This document shows, piece after piece, positions 43,169 to 58,300 of a stretch of DNA of 64,000 bases. The stretch is taken from contig OZ176060.1 of NCBI GenBank assembly GCA_964247055.1, positions 1 through 64,000 of the forward strand, given 5' to 3'. Each line of letters begins with the position of its first letter. The first letter of the stretch is position 1. The stretch is from Paragordius varius. Its lineage: Eukaryota; Animalia; Nematomorpha. Below the pieces are notes generated by a model that saw only the letters and a program-made list of their open reading frames with translations, was not told the DNA's origin and made no database searches. The translations under genes and the position numbers were made by a program.

Positions 43169-45144
43169 TTGATACTTGCTCGTCGCATTATTGATTATTT
43201 GGTTATATTTTGGATTCAACAATCTACCGTAAATAATGCAATGTTTAACACAATGAATTTAATAAAAAACGTTTTAATTTGGTTTATGATTATTATTTGA
43301 TTGTTAGGTCTATATGCAGGATTTTGAATATAATTTTACAACTAAAAAGATTGGTTTTTTATTTGAGCTTCAATACGTATTCATCCTAAATTGATACTTG
43401 CTCGTCGCATTATTGATTATTTGGTTATATTTTGGATTTAACAATCTACCGTAAATAATGCAATGTTTAACACAATGGATTTAATAAAAAACGTTTTAAT
43501 TTGGTTTATGATTCTTATTTGATTGTTGGTATATGCAGGATTTTGAATATAATTTTACAACTAAAAAGATTGGTCTTTTATTTGAGCTTCAATACGTATT
43601 CATCCTAAATTGATACTTGCTCGTCGCATTATTGATTATTTGGTTATATTTTGGATTTAACAATCTACCGTAAATAATGCAATGTATAATGAATTTAATA
43701 AAATACGTTTTAATTTGGTTTATGATTCTTATTTGATTGTTGGGTCTATATGCAGGATTTTGAATATAATTTTACAACTAAAAAGATTGGTCTTTTATTT
43801 GAGCTTCAATACGTATTCATCCTAAATTGATACTTGCTCGTCGCATTATTGATTATTTGGTTATATTTTGGATTTAACAATCTACCGTAAATAATGCAAT
43901 GTTTAACACAATGAATTTAATAAAAAACGTTTTAATTTGGTTTATGATTATTATTTGATTGTTAGGTCTATATGCAGGATTTTGAATATAATTTTACAAC
44001 TAAAAACATTGGTCTTTTATTTGAGCTTCAATACGTATTCATCCTAAATTGATACTTGCTCGTCGCATTATTGATTATTTGGTTATATTTTGGATTCAAC
44101 AATCTACCGTAAATAATGCAATGTTTAACACAATGAATTTAATAAAAAACGTTTTAATTTGGTTTATGATTATTATTTGATTGTTAGGTCTATATGCAGG
44201 ATTTTGAATATAATTTTACAACTAAAAAGATTGGTCTTTTATTTGAGCTTCAATACGTATTCATCCTAAATTGATACTTGCTCGTCGCATTATTGATTAT
44301 TTGGTTATATTTTGGATTGAACAATCTACCGTAAATAATGCAATGAACACAATGAATTTAATAAAAAACGTTTTAATTTGGTTTATGATTCTTATTTGAT
44401 TGTTGGTATATGCAGGATTTTGAATATAATTTTACAACTAAAAACATTGGTCTTTTATTTGAGCTTCAATACGTATTCATCCTAAATTGATACTTGCTCG
44501 TCGCATTATTGTGTGTTAAAAAATCGATATTAAAAGTATTTTTGGATTCAACAATCTACCGTAAATAATGCAATGAACACAATGAATTTAATTAAATACG
44601 TTTTAATTTGGTTTATGATTCTTATTTGATTGTTGGGTCTATATGCAGGATTTTGAATATAATTTTACAACTAAAAACATTGGTTTTATTTGAGCTTCAA
44701 TACGTATTCATCCTAAATTGATACTTGCTCGTCGCATTATTGATTATTTGGTTATATTTTGGATTTAACAATCTACCGTAAATAATGCAATGTACAATGA
44801 ATTTAATAAAATACGTTTTAATTTGGTTTATGATTCTTATTTGATTGTTGGGTCTATATGCAGGATTTTGAATATAATTTTACAACTAAAAAGATTGGTC
44901 TTTTATTTGAGCTTCAATACGTATTCATCCTAAATTGATACTTGCTCGTCGCATTATTGATTATTTGGTTATATTTTGGATTGAACAATCTACCGTAAAT
45001 AATGCAATGAACACAATGAATTTAATAAAAAACGTTTTAATTTGGTTTATGATTCTTATTTGATTGTTGCTATATGCAGGATTTTGAATATAATTTTACA
45101 ACTAAAAACATTGGTCTTTTATTTGAGCTTCAATACGTATTCTA

Positions 45145-48100
45145 CTTGCTCGTCGCATTATTGATTATTTGGTTATATTTTGGATTCAACAATCTACCGT
45201 AAATAATGCAATGTACAATGAATTTAATAAAATACGTTTTAATTTGGTTTATGATTCTTATTTGATTGTTGGTATATGCAGGATTTTGAATATAATTTTA
45301 CAACTAAAAACATTGGTCTTTTATTTGAGCTTCAATACGTATTCATCCTAAATTGATACTTGCTCGTCGCATTATTGTGTGTTAAAAAATCGATATTAAA
45401 AGTATTTTTGGATTCAACAATCTACCGTAAATAATGCAATGTTTAACACAATGAATTTAATTAAATACGTTTTAATTTGGTTTATGATTCTTATTTGATT
45501 GTTGGGTCTATATGCAGGATTTTGAATATAATTTTACAACTAAAAACATTGGTCTTTTATTTGAGCTTCAATACGTATTCTACTTGCTCGTCGCATTATT
45601 GATAAGTTGGTTATATTTTGGATTCAACAATCTACCGTAAATAATGCAATGTTTAACACAATGAATTTAATAAAATACGTTTAAATTTGGTTAATGATTC
45701 TTATTTGATTGTTGGGTCTATATGAAGGATTTTGAATATAATTTTACAACAAAAAACATTGGTCTTTTATTTGAGCGTCAATACGTATTCTACTTGCTCG
45801 TCGCATTATTGATTATTTGGTTATATTTTGGATTCAACAATCTACCGTAAATAATGCAATGTACAATGAATTTAATAAAATACGTTTTAATTTGGTTTAT
45901 GATTCTTATTTGATTGTTGGTATATGCAGGATTTTGAATATAATTTTACAACTAAAAACATTGGTCTTTTATTTGAGCTTCAATACGTATTCATCCTAAA
46001 TTGATACTTGCTCGTCGCATTATTGATTATTTGGTTATTTGGATTCAACAATCTACCGTAAATAATGCAATGTTTAACACAATGGATTTAATAAAAAACG
46101 TTTTAATTTGGTTTATGATTCTTATTTGATTGTTGGTATATGCAGGATTTTGAATATAATTTTACAACTAAAAAGATTGGTCTTTTATTTGAGCTTCAAT
46201 ACGTATTCATCCTAAATTGATACTTGCTCGTCGCATTATTGATTATTTGGTTATATTTTGGATTCAACAATCTACCGTAAATAATGCAATGTTTAACACA
46301 ATGAATTTAATAAAATACGTTTAAATTTGGTTAATGATTCTTATTTGATTGTTGGTATATGCAGGGTTTTGAATATAATTTTACAACTAAAAACATTGGT
46401 CTTTTATTTGAGCTTCAATACGTATTCATCCTAAATTGATACTTGCTCGTCGCATTATTGATTATTTGGTTATATTTTGGATTGAACAATCTACCGTAAA
46501 TAATGCAATGAACACAATGAATTTAATAAAAAACGTTTTAATTTGGTTTATGATTCTTATTTGATTGTTGGTATATGCAGGATTTTAAATATAATTTTAC
46601 AACTAAAAACATTGGTCTTTTATTTGAGCTTCAATACGTATTCTACTTGCTCGTCGCATTATTGATTATTTGGTTATATTTTGGATTCAACAATCTACCG
46701 TAAATAATGCAATGTACAATGAATTTAATAAAATACGTTTTAATTTGGTTTATGATTCTTATTTGATTGTTGGTATATGCAGGATTTTGAATATAATTTT
46801 ACAACTAAAAACATTGGTCTTTTATTTGAGCTTCAATACGTATTCATCCTAAATTGATACTTGCTCGTCGCATTATTGATTATTTGGTTATATTTTGGAT
46901 TCAACAATCTACCGTAAATAATGCAATGTACAATGAATTTAATAAAATACGTTTTAATTTGGTTTATGATTCTTATTTGATTGTTGGTATATGCAGGATT
47001 TTGAATATAATTTTACAACTAAAAACATTGGTCTTTTATTTGAGCTTCAATACGTATTCATCCTAAATTGATACTTGCTCGTCGCATTATTGTGTGTTAA
47101 AAAATCGATATTAAAAGTATTTTTGGATTCAACAATCTACCGTAAATAATGCAATGTTTAACACAATGAATTTAATTAAATACGTTTTAATTTGGTTTAT
47201 GATTCTTATTTGATTGTTGGGTCTATATGCAGGATTTTGAATATAATTTTACAACTAAAAACATTGGTCTTTTATTTGAGCTTCAATACGTATTCTACTT
47301 GCTCGTCGCATTATTGATAAGTTGGTTATATTTTGGATTCAACAATCTACCGTAAATAATGCAATGTTTAACACAATGAATTTAATAAAATACGTTTAAA
47401 TTTGGTTAATGATTCTTATTTGATTGTTGGGTCTATATGAAGGATTTTGAATATAATTTTACAACAAAAAACATTGGTCTTTTATTTGAGCGTCAATACG
47501 TATTCTACTTGCTCGTCGCATTATTGATTATTTGGTTATATTTTGGATTCAACAATCTACCGTAAATAATGCAATGTACAATGAATTTAATAAAATACGT
47601 TTTAATTTGGTTTATGATTCTTATTTGATTGTTGGTATATGCAGGATTTTGAATATAATTTTACAACTAAAAACATTGGTCTTTTATTTGAGCTTCAATA
47701 CGTATTCATCCTAAATTGATACTTGCTCGTCGCATTATTGATTATTTGGTTATTTGGATTCAACAATCTACCGTAAATAATGCAATGTTTAACACAATGG
47801 ATTTAATAAAAAACGTTTTAATTTGGTTTATGATTCTTATTTGATTGTTGGTATATGCAGGATTTTGAATATAATTTTACAACTAAAAACATTGGTCTTT
47901 TATTTGAGCTTCAATACGTATTCATCCTAAATTGATACTTGCTCGTCGCATTATTGATTATTTGGTTATATTTTGGATTCAACAATCTACCGTAAATAAT
48001 GCAATGTTTAACACAATGAATTTAATAAAATACGTTTAAATTTGGTTAATGATTCTTATTTGATTGTTGGTATATGCAGGGTTTTGAATATAATTTTACA

Positions 48101-48175
48101 ACTAAAAACATTGGTCTTTTATTTGAGCTTCAATACGTATTCATCCTAAATTGATACTTGCTCGTCGCATTATTG
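45145..48175. repeat. Duplicated block of about 1.3 kb at offset 1715
   Basis: Markers pair at 45378/47093, 45580/47295 (followed by the rare GATAAGTTGG) and 45790/47505. Confidence 0.85.
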
Positions 48176-50994
48176 TGTGTTAAAAAATCGATATTAAAAG
48201 TATTTTTGGATTCAACAATCTACCGTAAATAATGCAATGTTTAACACAATGAATTTAATAAAATACGTTTAAATTTGGTTAATGATTCTTATTTGATTGT
48301 TGGTATATGAAGGATTTTGAATATAATTTTACAACAAAAAACATTGGTCTTTTATTTGAGCGTCAATACGTATTCATCCTAAATTGATACTTGCTCGTCG
48401 CATTATTGATTATTTGGTTATTTGGATTCAACAATCTACCGTAAATAATGCAATGTTTAACACAATGGATTTAATAAAAAACGTTTTAATTTGGTTTATG
48501 ATTCTTTTTTGATTGTTGGTATATGCAGGGTTTTGAATATAATTTTACAACTAAAAACATTGGTCTTTTATTTGAGCTTCAATACGTATTCATCCTAAAT
48601 TGATACTTGCTCGTCGCATTATTGTGTGTTAAAAAATCGATATTAAAAGTATTTTTGGATTCAACAATCTACCGTAAATAATGCAATGTTTAACACAATG
48701 AATTTAATTAAATACGTTTTAATTTGGTTTATGATTCTTATTTGATTGTTGGGTCTATATGCAGGATTTTGAATATAATTTTACAACTAAAAACATTGGT
48801 TTTATTTGAGCTTCAATACGTATTCATCCTAAATTGATACTTGCTCGTCTCATTATTGATTATTTGGTTATATTTTGGATTTAACAATCTACCGTAAATA
48901 ATGCAATGTACAATGAATTTAATAAAATACGTTTTAATTTGGTTTATGATTCTTATTTGATTGTTGGGTCTATATGCAGGATTTTGAATATAATTTTACA
49001 ACTAAAAAGATTGGTCTTTTATTTGAGCTTCAATACGTATTCATCCTAAATTGATACTTGCTCGTCGCATTATTGATTATTTGGTTATATTTTGGATTGA
49101 ACAATCTACCGTAAATAATGCAATGAACACAATGAATTTAATAAAAAACGTTTTAATTTGGTATATGATTCTTATTTGATTGTTGCTATATGCAGGATTT
49201 TGAATATAATTTTACAACTAAAAACATTGGTCTTTTATTTGAGCTTCAATACGTATTCATCCTAAATTGATACTTGCTCGTCGCATTATTGATTATTTGG
49301 TTATATTTTGGATTCAACAATCTACCGTAAATAATGCAATGTTTAACACAATGAATTTAATAAAATACGTTTAAATTTGGTTAATTCTTATTTGATTGTT
49401 GGGTCTATATGCAGGATTTTGAATATAATTTTACAACTAAAAAGATTGGTCTTTTATTTGAGCTTCAATACGTATTCATCCTAAATTGATACTTGCTCGT
49501 CGCATTATTGATTATTTGGTTATATTTTGGATTGAACAATCGTAAATAATGCAATGAACACAATGAATTTAATAAAAAACGTTTTAATTTGGTTTATGAT
49601 TCTTATTTGATTGTTGGTATATGCAGGATTTTGAATATAATTTTACAACTAAAAACATTGGTCTTTTATTTGAGCTTCAATACGTATTCTACTTGCTCGT
49701 CGCATTATTGATTATTTGGTTATATTTTGGATTCAACAATCTACCGTAAATAATGCAATGTACAATGAATTTAATAAAATACGTTTTAATTTGGTTTATG
49801 ATTCTTATTTGATTGTTGGTATATGCAGGATTTTGAATATAATTTTACAACTAAAAACATTGGTCTTTTATTTGAGCTTCAATACGTATTCATCCTAAAT
49901 TGATACTTGCTCGTCGCATTATTGATTATTTGGTTATATTTTGGATTCAACAATCTACCGTAAATAATGCAATGTACAATGAATTTAATAAAATACGTTT
50001 TAATTTGGTTTATGATTCTTATTTGATTGTTGGTATATGCAGGATTTTGAATATAATTTTACAACTAAAAACATTGGTCTTTTATTTGAGCTTCAATACG
50101 TATTCATCCTAAATTGATACTTGCTCGTCGCATTATTGTGTGTTAAAAAATCGATATTAAAAGTATTTTTGGATTCAACAATCTACCGTAAATAATGCAA
50201 TGTTTAACACAATGAATTTAATTAAATACGTTTTAATTTGGTTTATGATTCTTATTTGATTGTTGGGTCTATATGCAGGATTTTGAATATAATTTTACAA
50301 CTAAAAACATTGGTCTTTTATTTGAGCTTCAATACGTATTCATCCTAAATTGATACTTGCTCGTCGCATTATTGATTATTTGGTTATATTTTGGATTCAA
50401 CAATCTACCGTAAATAATGCAATGTTTAACACAATGAATTTAATAAAATACGTTTAAATTTGGTTAATGATTCTTATTTGATTGTTGGTATATGCAGAAT
50501 TTTGAATATAATTTTACAACTAAAAAGATTGGTCTTTTATTTGAGCTTCAATACGTATTCATCCTAAATTGATACTTGCTCGTCGCATTATTGATTATTT
50601 GGTTATATTTTGGATTTAACAATCTACCGTAAATAATGCAATGTATAATGAATTTAATAAAATACGTTTTAATTTGGTTTATGATTCTTATTTGATTGTT
50701 GGTATATGCAGGATTTTGAATATAATTTTACAACTAAAAACATTGGTCTTTTTTTGAGCTTCAATACGTATTCATCCTAAATTGATACTTGCTCGTCGCA
50801 TTATTGATTATTTGGTTATATTTTGGATTGAACAATCTACCGTAAATAATGCAATGAACACAATGAATTTAATAAAAAACGTTTTAATTTGGTTTATGAT
50901 TCTTATTTGATTGTTGGTATATGCAGGATTTTGAATATAATTTTACAACTAAAAACATTGGTCTTTTATTTGAGCTTCAATACGTATTCATCGT

Positions 50995-53900
50995 AAATTG
51001 ATACTTGCTCGTCGCATTATTGTGTGTTAAAAAATCGATATTAAAAGTATTTTTGGATTCAACAATCTACCGTAAATAATGCAATGTTTAACACAATGAA
51101 TTTAATTAAATACGTTTTAATTTGGTTTATGATTCTTATTTGATTGTTGGGTCTATATGCAGGATTTTGAATATAATTTTACAACTAAAAACATTGGTCT
51201 TTTATTTGAGCTTCAATACGTATTCATCCTAAATTGATACTTGCTCGTCGCATTATTGATTATTTGGTATTTTGGATTCAACAATCTACCGTAAATAATG
51301 CAATGTTTAACACAATGAATTTAATAAAATACGTTTAAATTTGGTTAATGATTCTTATTTGATTGTTGGGTCTATATGAAGGATTTTGAATATAATTTTA
51401 CAACAAAAAACATTGGTCTTTTATTTGAGCGTCAATACGTATTCTTCCTAAATTGATACTTGCTCGTCGCATTATTGATTATTTGGTTATTTGGATTCAA
51501 CAATCTACCGTAAATAATGCAATGTTTAACACAATGGATTTAATAAAAAACGTTTTAATTTGGTTTATGATTCTTATTTGATTGTTGGTATATGCAGGAT
51601 TTTGAATATAATTTTACAACTAAAAAGATTGGTCTTTTATTTGAGCTTCAATACGTATTCATCCTAAATTGATACTTGCTCGTCGCATTATTGATTATTT
51701 GATTATATTTTGGATTTAACAATCTACCGTAAATAATGCAATGTATAATGAATTTAATAAAATACGTTTTAATTTGGTTTATGATTCTTATTTGATTGTT
51801 GGTATATGCAGGGTTTTGAATATAATTTTACAACTAAAAACATTGGTCTTTTTTTGAGCTTCAATACGTATTCATCCTAAATTGATACTTGCTCGTCGCA
51901 TTATTGATTATTTGGTTATATTTTGGATTGAACAATCTACCGTAAATAATGCAATGAACACAATGAATTTAATAAAAAACGTTTTAATTTGGTTTATGAT
52001 TCTTATTTGATTGTTGGTATATGCAGGGTTTTGAATATAATTTTACAACTAAAAACATTGGTCTTTTATTTGAGCTTCAATACGTATTCATCCTAAATTG
52101 ATACTTGCTCGTCGCATTATTGTGTGTTAAAAAATCGATATTAAAAGTATTTTTGGATTCAACAATCTACCGTAAATAATGCAATGTTTAACACAATGAA
52201 TTTAATTAAATACGTTTTAATTTGGTTTATGATTCTTATTTGATTGTTGGGTCTATATGCAGGATTATGAATATAATTTTACAACTAAAAACATTGGTCT
52301 TTTATATGAGCTTCAATACGTATTCATCCTAAATTGATACTTGCTCGTCGCATTATTGATTATTTGGTTATATTTTGGATTCAACAATCTACCGTAAATA
52401 ATGCAATGTTTAACACAATGAATTTAATAAAATACGTTTAAATTTGGTTAATGATTCTTATTTGATTGTTGGGTCTATATGAAGGATTTTGAATATAATT
52501 TTACAACAAAAAACATTGGTCTTTTATTTGAGCGTCAATACGTATTCATCCTAAATTGATACTTGCTCGTCGCATTATTGATTATTTGGTTATTTGGATT
52601 CAACAATCTACCGTAAATAATGCAATGTTTAACACAATGGATTTAATAAAAAACGTTTTAATTTGGTTTATGATTCTTATTTGATTGTTGGTATATGCAG
52701 GATTTTGAATATAATTTTACAACTAAAAACATTGGTCTTTTATTTGAGCTTCAATACGTATTCATCCTAAATTGATACTTGCTCGTCGCATTATTGATTA
52801 TTTGGTTATATTTTGGATTCAACAATCTACCGTAAATAATGCAATGTACAATGAATTTAATAAAATACGTTTTAATTTGGTTTATGATTCTTATTTGATT
52901 GTTGGTATATGCAGGGTTTTGAATATAATTTTACAACTAAAAACATTGGTCTTTTATTTGAGCTTCAATACGTATTCATCCTAAATTGATACTTGCTCGT
53001 CGCATTATTGATTATTTGGTTATATTTTGGATTCAACAATCTACCGTAAATAATGCAATGTTTAACACAATGGATTTAATAAAAAACGTTTTAATTTGGT
53101 TTATGATTCTTATTTGATTGTTGGTATATGCAGGATTTTGAATATAATTTTACAACTAAAAACATTGGTCTTTTATTTGAGCTTCAATACGTATTCATCC
53201 TAAATTGATACTTGCTCGTCGCATTATTGATTATTTGGTTATATTTTGGATTCAACAATCTACCGTAAATAATGCAATGTACAATGAATTTAATAAAATA
53301 CGTTTTAATTTGGTTTATGATTCTTATTTGATTGTTGGTATATGCAGGATTTTGAATATAATTTTACAACTAAAAACATTGGTCTTTTATTTGAGCTTCA
53401 ATACGTATTCATCCTAAATTGATACTTGCTCGTCGCATTATTGATTATTTGGTTATATTTTGGATTCAACAATCTACCGTAAATAATGCAATGTACAATA
53501 TTTAATAAAATACGTTTTAATTTGGTTTATGATTCTTATTTGATTGTAGGTATATGCAGGATTTTGAATATAATTTTACAACTAAAAACATTGGTCTTTT
53601 ATTTGAGCTTCAATACGTATTCATCCTAAATTGATACTTGCTCGTCGCATTATTGTGTGTTAAAAAATCGATATTAAAAGTATTTTTGGATTCAACAATC
53701 TACCGTAAATAATGCAATGTTTAACACAATGAATTTAATTAAATACGTTTTAATTTGGTTTATGATTCTTATTTGATTGTTGGGTCTATATGCAGGATTT
53801 TGAATATAATTTTACAACTAAAAACATTGGTCTTTTATTTGAGCTTCAATACGTATTCATCCTAAATTGATACTTGCTCGTCGCATTATTGATTATTTGG

Positions 53901-55360
53901 TATTTTGGATTCAACAATCTACCGTAAATAATGCAATGTTTAACACAATGAATTTAATAAAATACGTTTAAATTTGGTTAATGATTCTTATTTGATTGTT
54001 GGGTCTATATGAAGGATTTTGAATATAATTTTACAACAAAAAACATTGGTCTTTTATTTGAGCGTCAATACGTATTCTTCCTAAATTGATACTTGCTCGT
54101 CGCATTATTGATTATTTGGTTATTTGGATTCAACAATCTACCGTAAATAATGCAATGTTTAACACAATGGATTTAATAAAAAACGTTTTAATTTGGTTTA
54201 TGATTCTTATTTGATTGTTGGTATATGCAGGATTTTGAATATAATTTTACAACTAAAAAGATTGGTCTTTTATTTGAGCTTCAATACGTATTCATCCTAA
54301 ATTGATACTTGCTCGTCGCATTATTGATTATTTGATTATATTTTGGATTTAACAATCTACCGTAAATAATGCAATGTATAATGAATTTAATAAAATACGT
54401 TTTAATTTGGTTTATGATTCTTATTTGATTGTTGGTATATGCAGGGTTTTGAATATAATTTTACAACTAAAAACATTGGTCTTTTTTTGAGCTTCAATAC
54501 GTATTCATCCTAAATTGATACTTGCTCGTCGCATTATTGATTATTTGGTTATATTTTGGATTGAACAATCTACCGTAAATAATGCAATGAACACAATGAA
54601 TTTAATAAAAAACGTTTTAATTTGGTTTATGATTCTTATTTGATTGTTGGTATATGCAGGGTTTTGAATATAATTTTACAACTAAAAACATTGGTCTTTT
54701 ATTTGAGCTTCAATACGTATTCATCCTAAATTGATACTTGCTCGTCGCATTATTGTGTGTTAAAAAATCGATATTAAAAGTATTTTTGGATTCAACAATC
54801 TACCGTAAATAATGCAATGTTTAACACAATGAATTTAATTAAATACGTTTTAATTTGGTTTATGATTCTTATTTGATTGTTGGGTCTATATGCAGGATTA
54901 TGAATATAATTTTACAACTAAAAACATTGGTCTTTTATATGAGCTTCAATACGTATTCATCCTAAATTGATACTTGCTCGTCGCATTATTGATTATTTGG
55001 TTATATTTTGGATTCAACAATCTACCGTAAATAATGCAATGTTTAACACAATGAATTTAATAAAATACGTTTAAATTTGGTTAATGATTCTTATTTGATT
55101 GTTGGGTCTATATGAAGGATTTTGAATATAATTTTACAACAAAAAACATTGGTCTTTTATTTGAGCGTCAATACGTATTCATCCTAAATTGATACTTGCT
55201 CGTCGCATTATTGATTATTTGGTTATTTGGATTCAACAATCTACCGTAAATAATGCAATGTTTAACACAATGGATTTAATAAAAAACGTTTTAATTTGGT
55301 TTATGATTCTTATTTGATTGTTGGTATATGCAGGATTTTGAATATAATTTTACAACTAAA
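50995..55360. repeat. Duplicated block of about 1.7 kb at offset 2633
   Basis: Markers pair at 51023/53656, 51441/54074 (ATTCTTCC), 52123/54756 and 52267/54900 (GGATTATGA). Confidence 0.85.
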
Positions 55361-55374
55361 AAGATTGGTCTTTT

Positions 55375-58300
55375 ATTTGAGCTTCAATACGTATTCATCC
55401 TAAATTGATACTTGCTCGTCGCATTATTGATTATTTGGTTATATTTTGGATTTAACAATCTACCGTAAATAATGCAATGTACAATGAATTTAATAAAATA
55501 CGTTTTAATTTGGTTTATGATTCTTATTTGATTGTTGGTATATGCAGGGTTTTGAATATAATTTTACAACTAAAAACATTGGTCTTTTTTTGAGCTTCAA
55601 TACGTATTCATCCTAAATTGATACTTGCTCGTCGCATTATTGATTATTTGGTTATATTTTGAATTCAACAATCTACCGTAAATAATGCAATGTTTAACAC
55701 AATGAATTTAATAAAAAACGTTTTAATTTGGTTTATGATTCTGATTTGATTGTTGGGTCTATATGCAGGATTTTGAATATAATTTTACAACTAAAAACAT
55801 TGGTCTTTTATTTGAGCTTCAATACGTATTCATCCTAAATTGATACTTGCTCGTCGCATTATTGATTATTTGGTTATATTTTGGATTCAACAATCTACCG
55901 TAAATAATGCAATGTACAATGAATTTAATAAAATACGTTTTAATTTGGTTTATGATTCTTATTTGATTGTTGGGTCTATATGCAGGATTTTGAATATAAT
56001 TTTACAACTAAAAACATTGGTCTTTTATTTGAGCTTCAATACGTATTCATCCTAAATTGATACTTGCTCGTCGCATTATTGATTATTTGGTTATATTTTG
56101 GATTGAACAATCTACCGTAAATAATGCAATGTACAATGAATTTAATAAAATACGTTTTAATTTGGTTTATGATTCTTATTTGATTGTTGGGTCTAATGCA
56201 GGATTTTGAATATAATTTTACAACTAAAAACATTGGTCTTTTATTTGAGCTTCAATACGTATTCATCCTAAATTGATACTTGCTCGTCGCATTATTGATT
56301 ATTTGGTTATATTTTGGATTCAACAATCTACCGTAAATAATGCAATGTTTAACACAATGAATTTTATTAAATACGTTCTAATTTGGTTAATGATTCTTAT
56401 TTGATTGTTGGGTCTATATGCAGGATTTTGAATATAATTTTACAACTAAAAACATTGGTCTTTTATTTGAGCTTCAATACGTATTCATCCTAAATTGATA
56501 CTTGCTCGTCGCATTATTGATTATTTGGTTATATTTTGGATTCAACAATCTACCGTAAATAATGCAATGTACAATGAATTTAATAAAATACGTTTTAATT
56601 TGGTTTATGATTCTTATTTGATTGTTGGGTCTATATGCAGGATTTTGAATATAATTTTACAACTAAAAACATTGGTCTTTTATTTGAGCTTCAATACGTA
56701 TTCATCCTAAATTGATACTTGCTCGTCGCATTATTGATTATTTGGTTATATTTTGGATTGAACAATCTACCGTAAATAATGCAATGTACAATGAATTTAA
56801 TAAAATACGTTTTAATTTGGTTTATGATTCTTATTTGATTGTTGGGTCTATATGCAGGATTATGAATATAATTTTACAACTAAAAACATTGGTCTTTTAT
56901 TTGAGCTTCAATACGTATTCATCCTAAATTGATACTTGCTCGTCGCATTATTGATTATTTGGTTATATTTTGGATTCAACAATCTACCGTAAATAATGCA
57001 ATGTTTAACACAATGAATTTAATAAAATACGTTTAAATTTGGTTAATGATTCTTATTTGATTGTTGGGTCTATATGAAGGATTTTGAATATAATTTTACA
57101 ACAAAAAACATTGGTCTTTTATTTGAGCGTCAATACGTATTCATCCTAAATTGATACTTGCTCGTCGCATTATTGATTATTTGGTTATTTGGATTCAACA
57201 ATCTACCGTAAATAATGCAATGTTTAACACAATGGATTTAATAAAAAACGTTTTAATTTGGTTTATGATTCTTATTTGATTGTTGGTATATGCAGGATTT
57301 TGAATATAATTTTACAACTAAAAAGATTGGTCTTTTATTTGAGCTTCAATACGTATTCATCCTAAATTGATACTTGCTCGTCGCATTATTGATTATTTGG
57401 TTATATTTTGGATTTAACAATCTACCGTAAATAATGCAATGTATAATGAATTTAATAAAATACGTTTTAATTTGGTTTATGATTCTTATTTGATTGTTGG
57501 GTCTATATGCAGGATTTTGAATATAATTTTACAACTAAAAACATTGGTCATTTATTTGAGCTTCAATACGTATTCATCCTAAATTGATACTTGCTCGTCG
57601 CATTATTGATTATTTGGTTATATTTTGGATTTAACAATCTACCGTAAATAATGCAATGTACAATGAATTTAATAAAATACGTTTTAATTTGGTTTATGAT
57701 TCTTATTTGATTGTTGGTATATGCAGGGTTTTGAATATAATTTTACAACTAAAAACATTGGTCTTTTTTTGAGCTTCAATACGTATTCATCCTAAATTGA
57801 TACTTGCTCGTCGCATTATTGATTATTTGGTTATATTTTGAATTCAACAATCTACCGTAAATAATGCAATGTTTAACACAATGAATTTAATAAAAAACGT
57901 TTTAATTTGGTTTATGATTCTGATTTGATTGTTGGGTCTATATGCAGGATTTTGAATATAATTTTACAACTAAAAACATTGGTCTTTTATTTGAGCTTCA
58001 ATACGTATTCATCCTAAATTGATACTTGCTCGTCGCATTATTGATTATTTGGTTATATTTTGGATTCAACAATCTACCGTAAATAATGCAATGTACAATG
58101 AATTTAATAAAATACGTTTTAATTTGGTTTATGATTCTTATTTGATTGTTGGGTCTATATGCAGGATTTTGAATATAATTTTACAACTAAAAACATTGGT
58201 CTTTTATTTGAGCTTCAATACGTATTCATCCTAAATTGATACTTGCTCGTCGCATTATTGATTATTTGGTTATATTTTGGATTGAACAATCTACCGTAAA

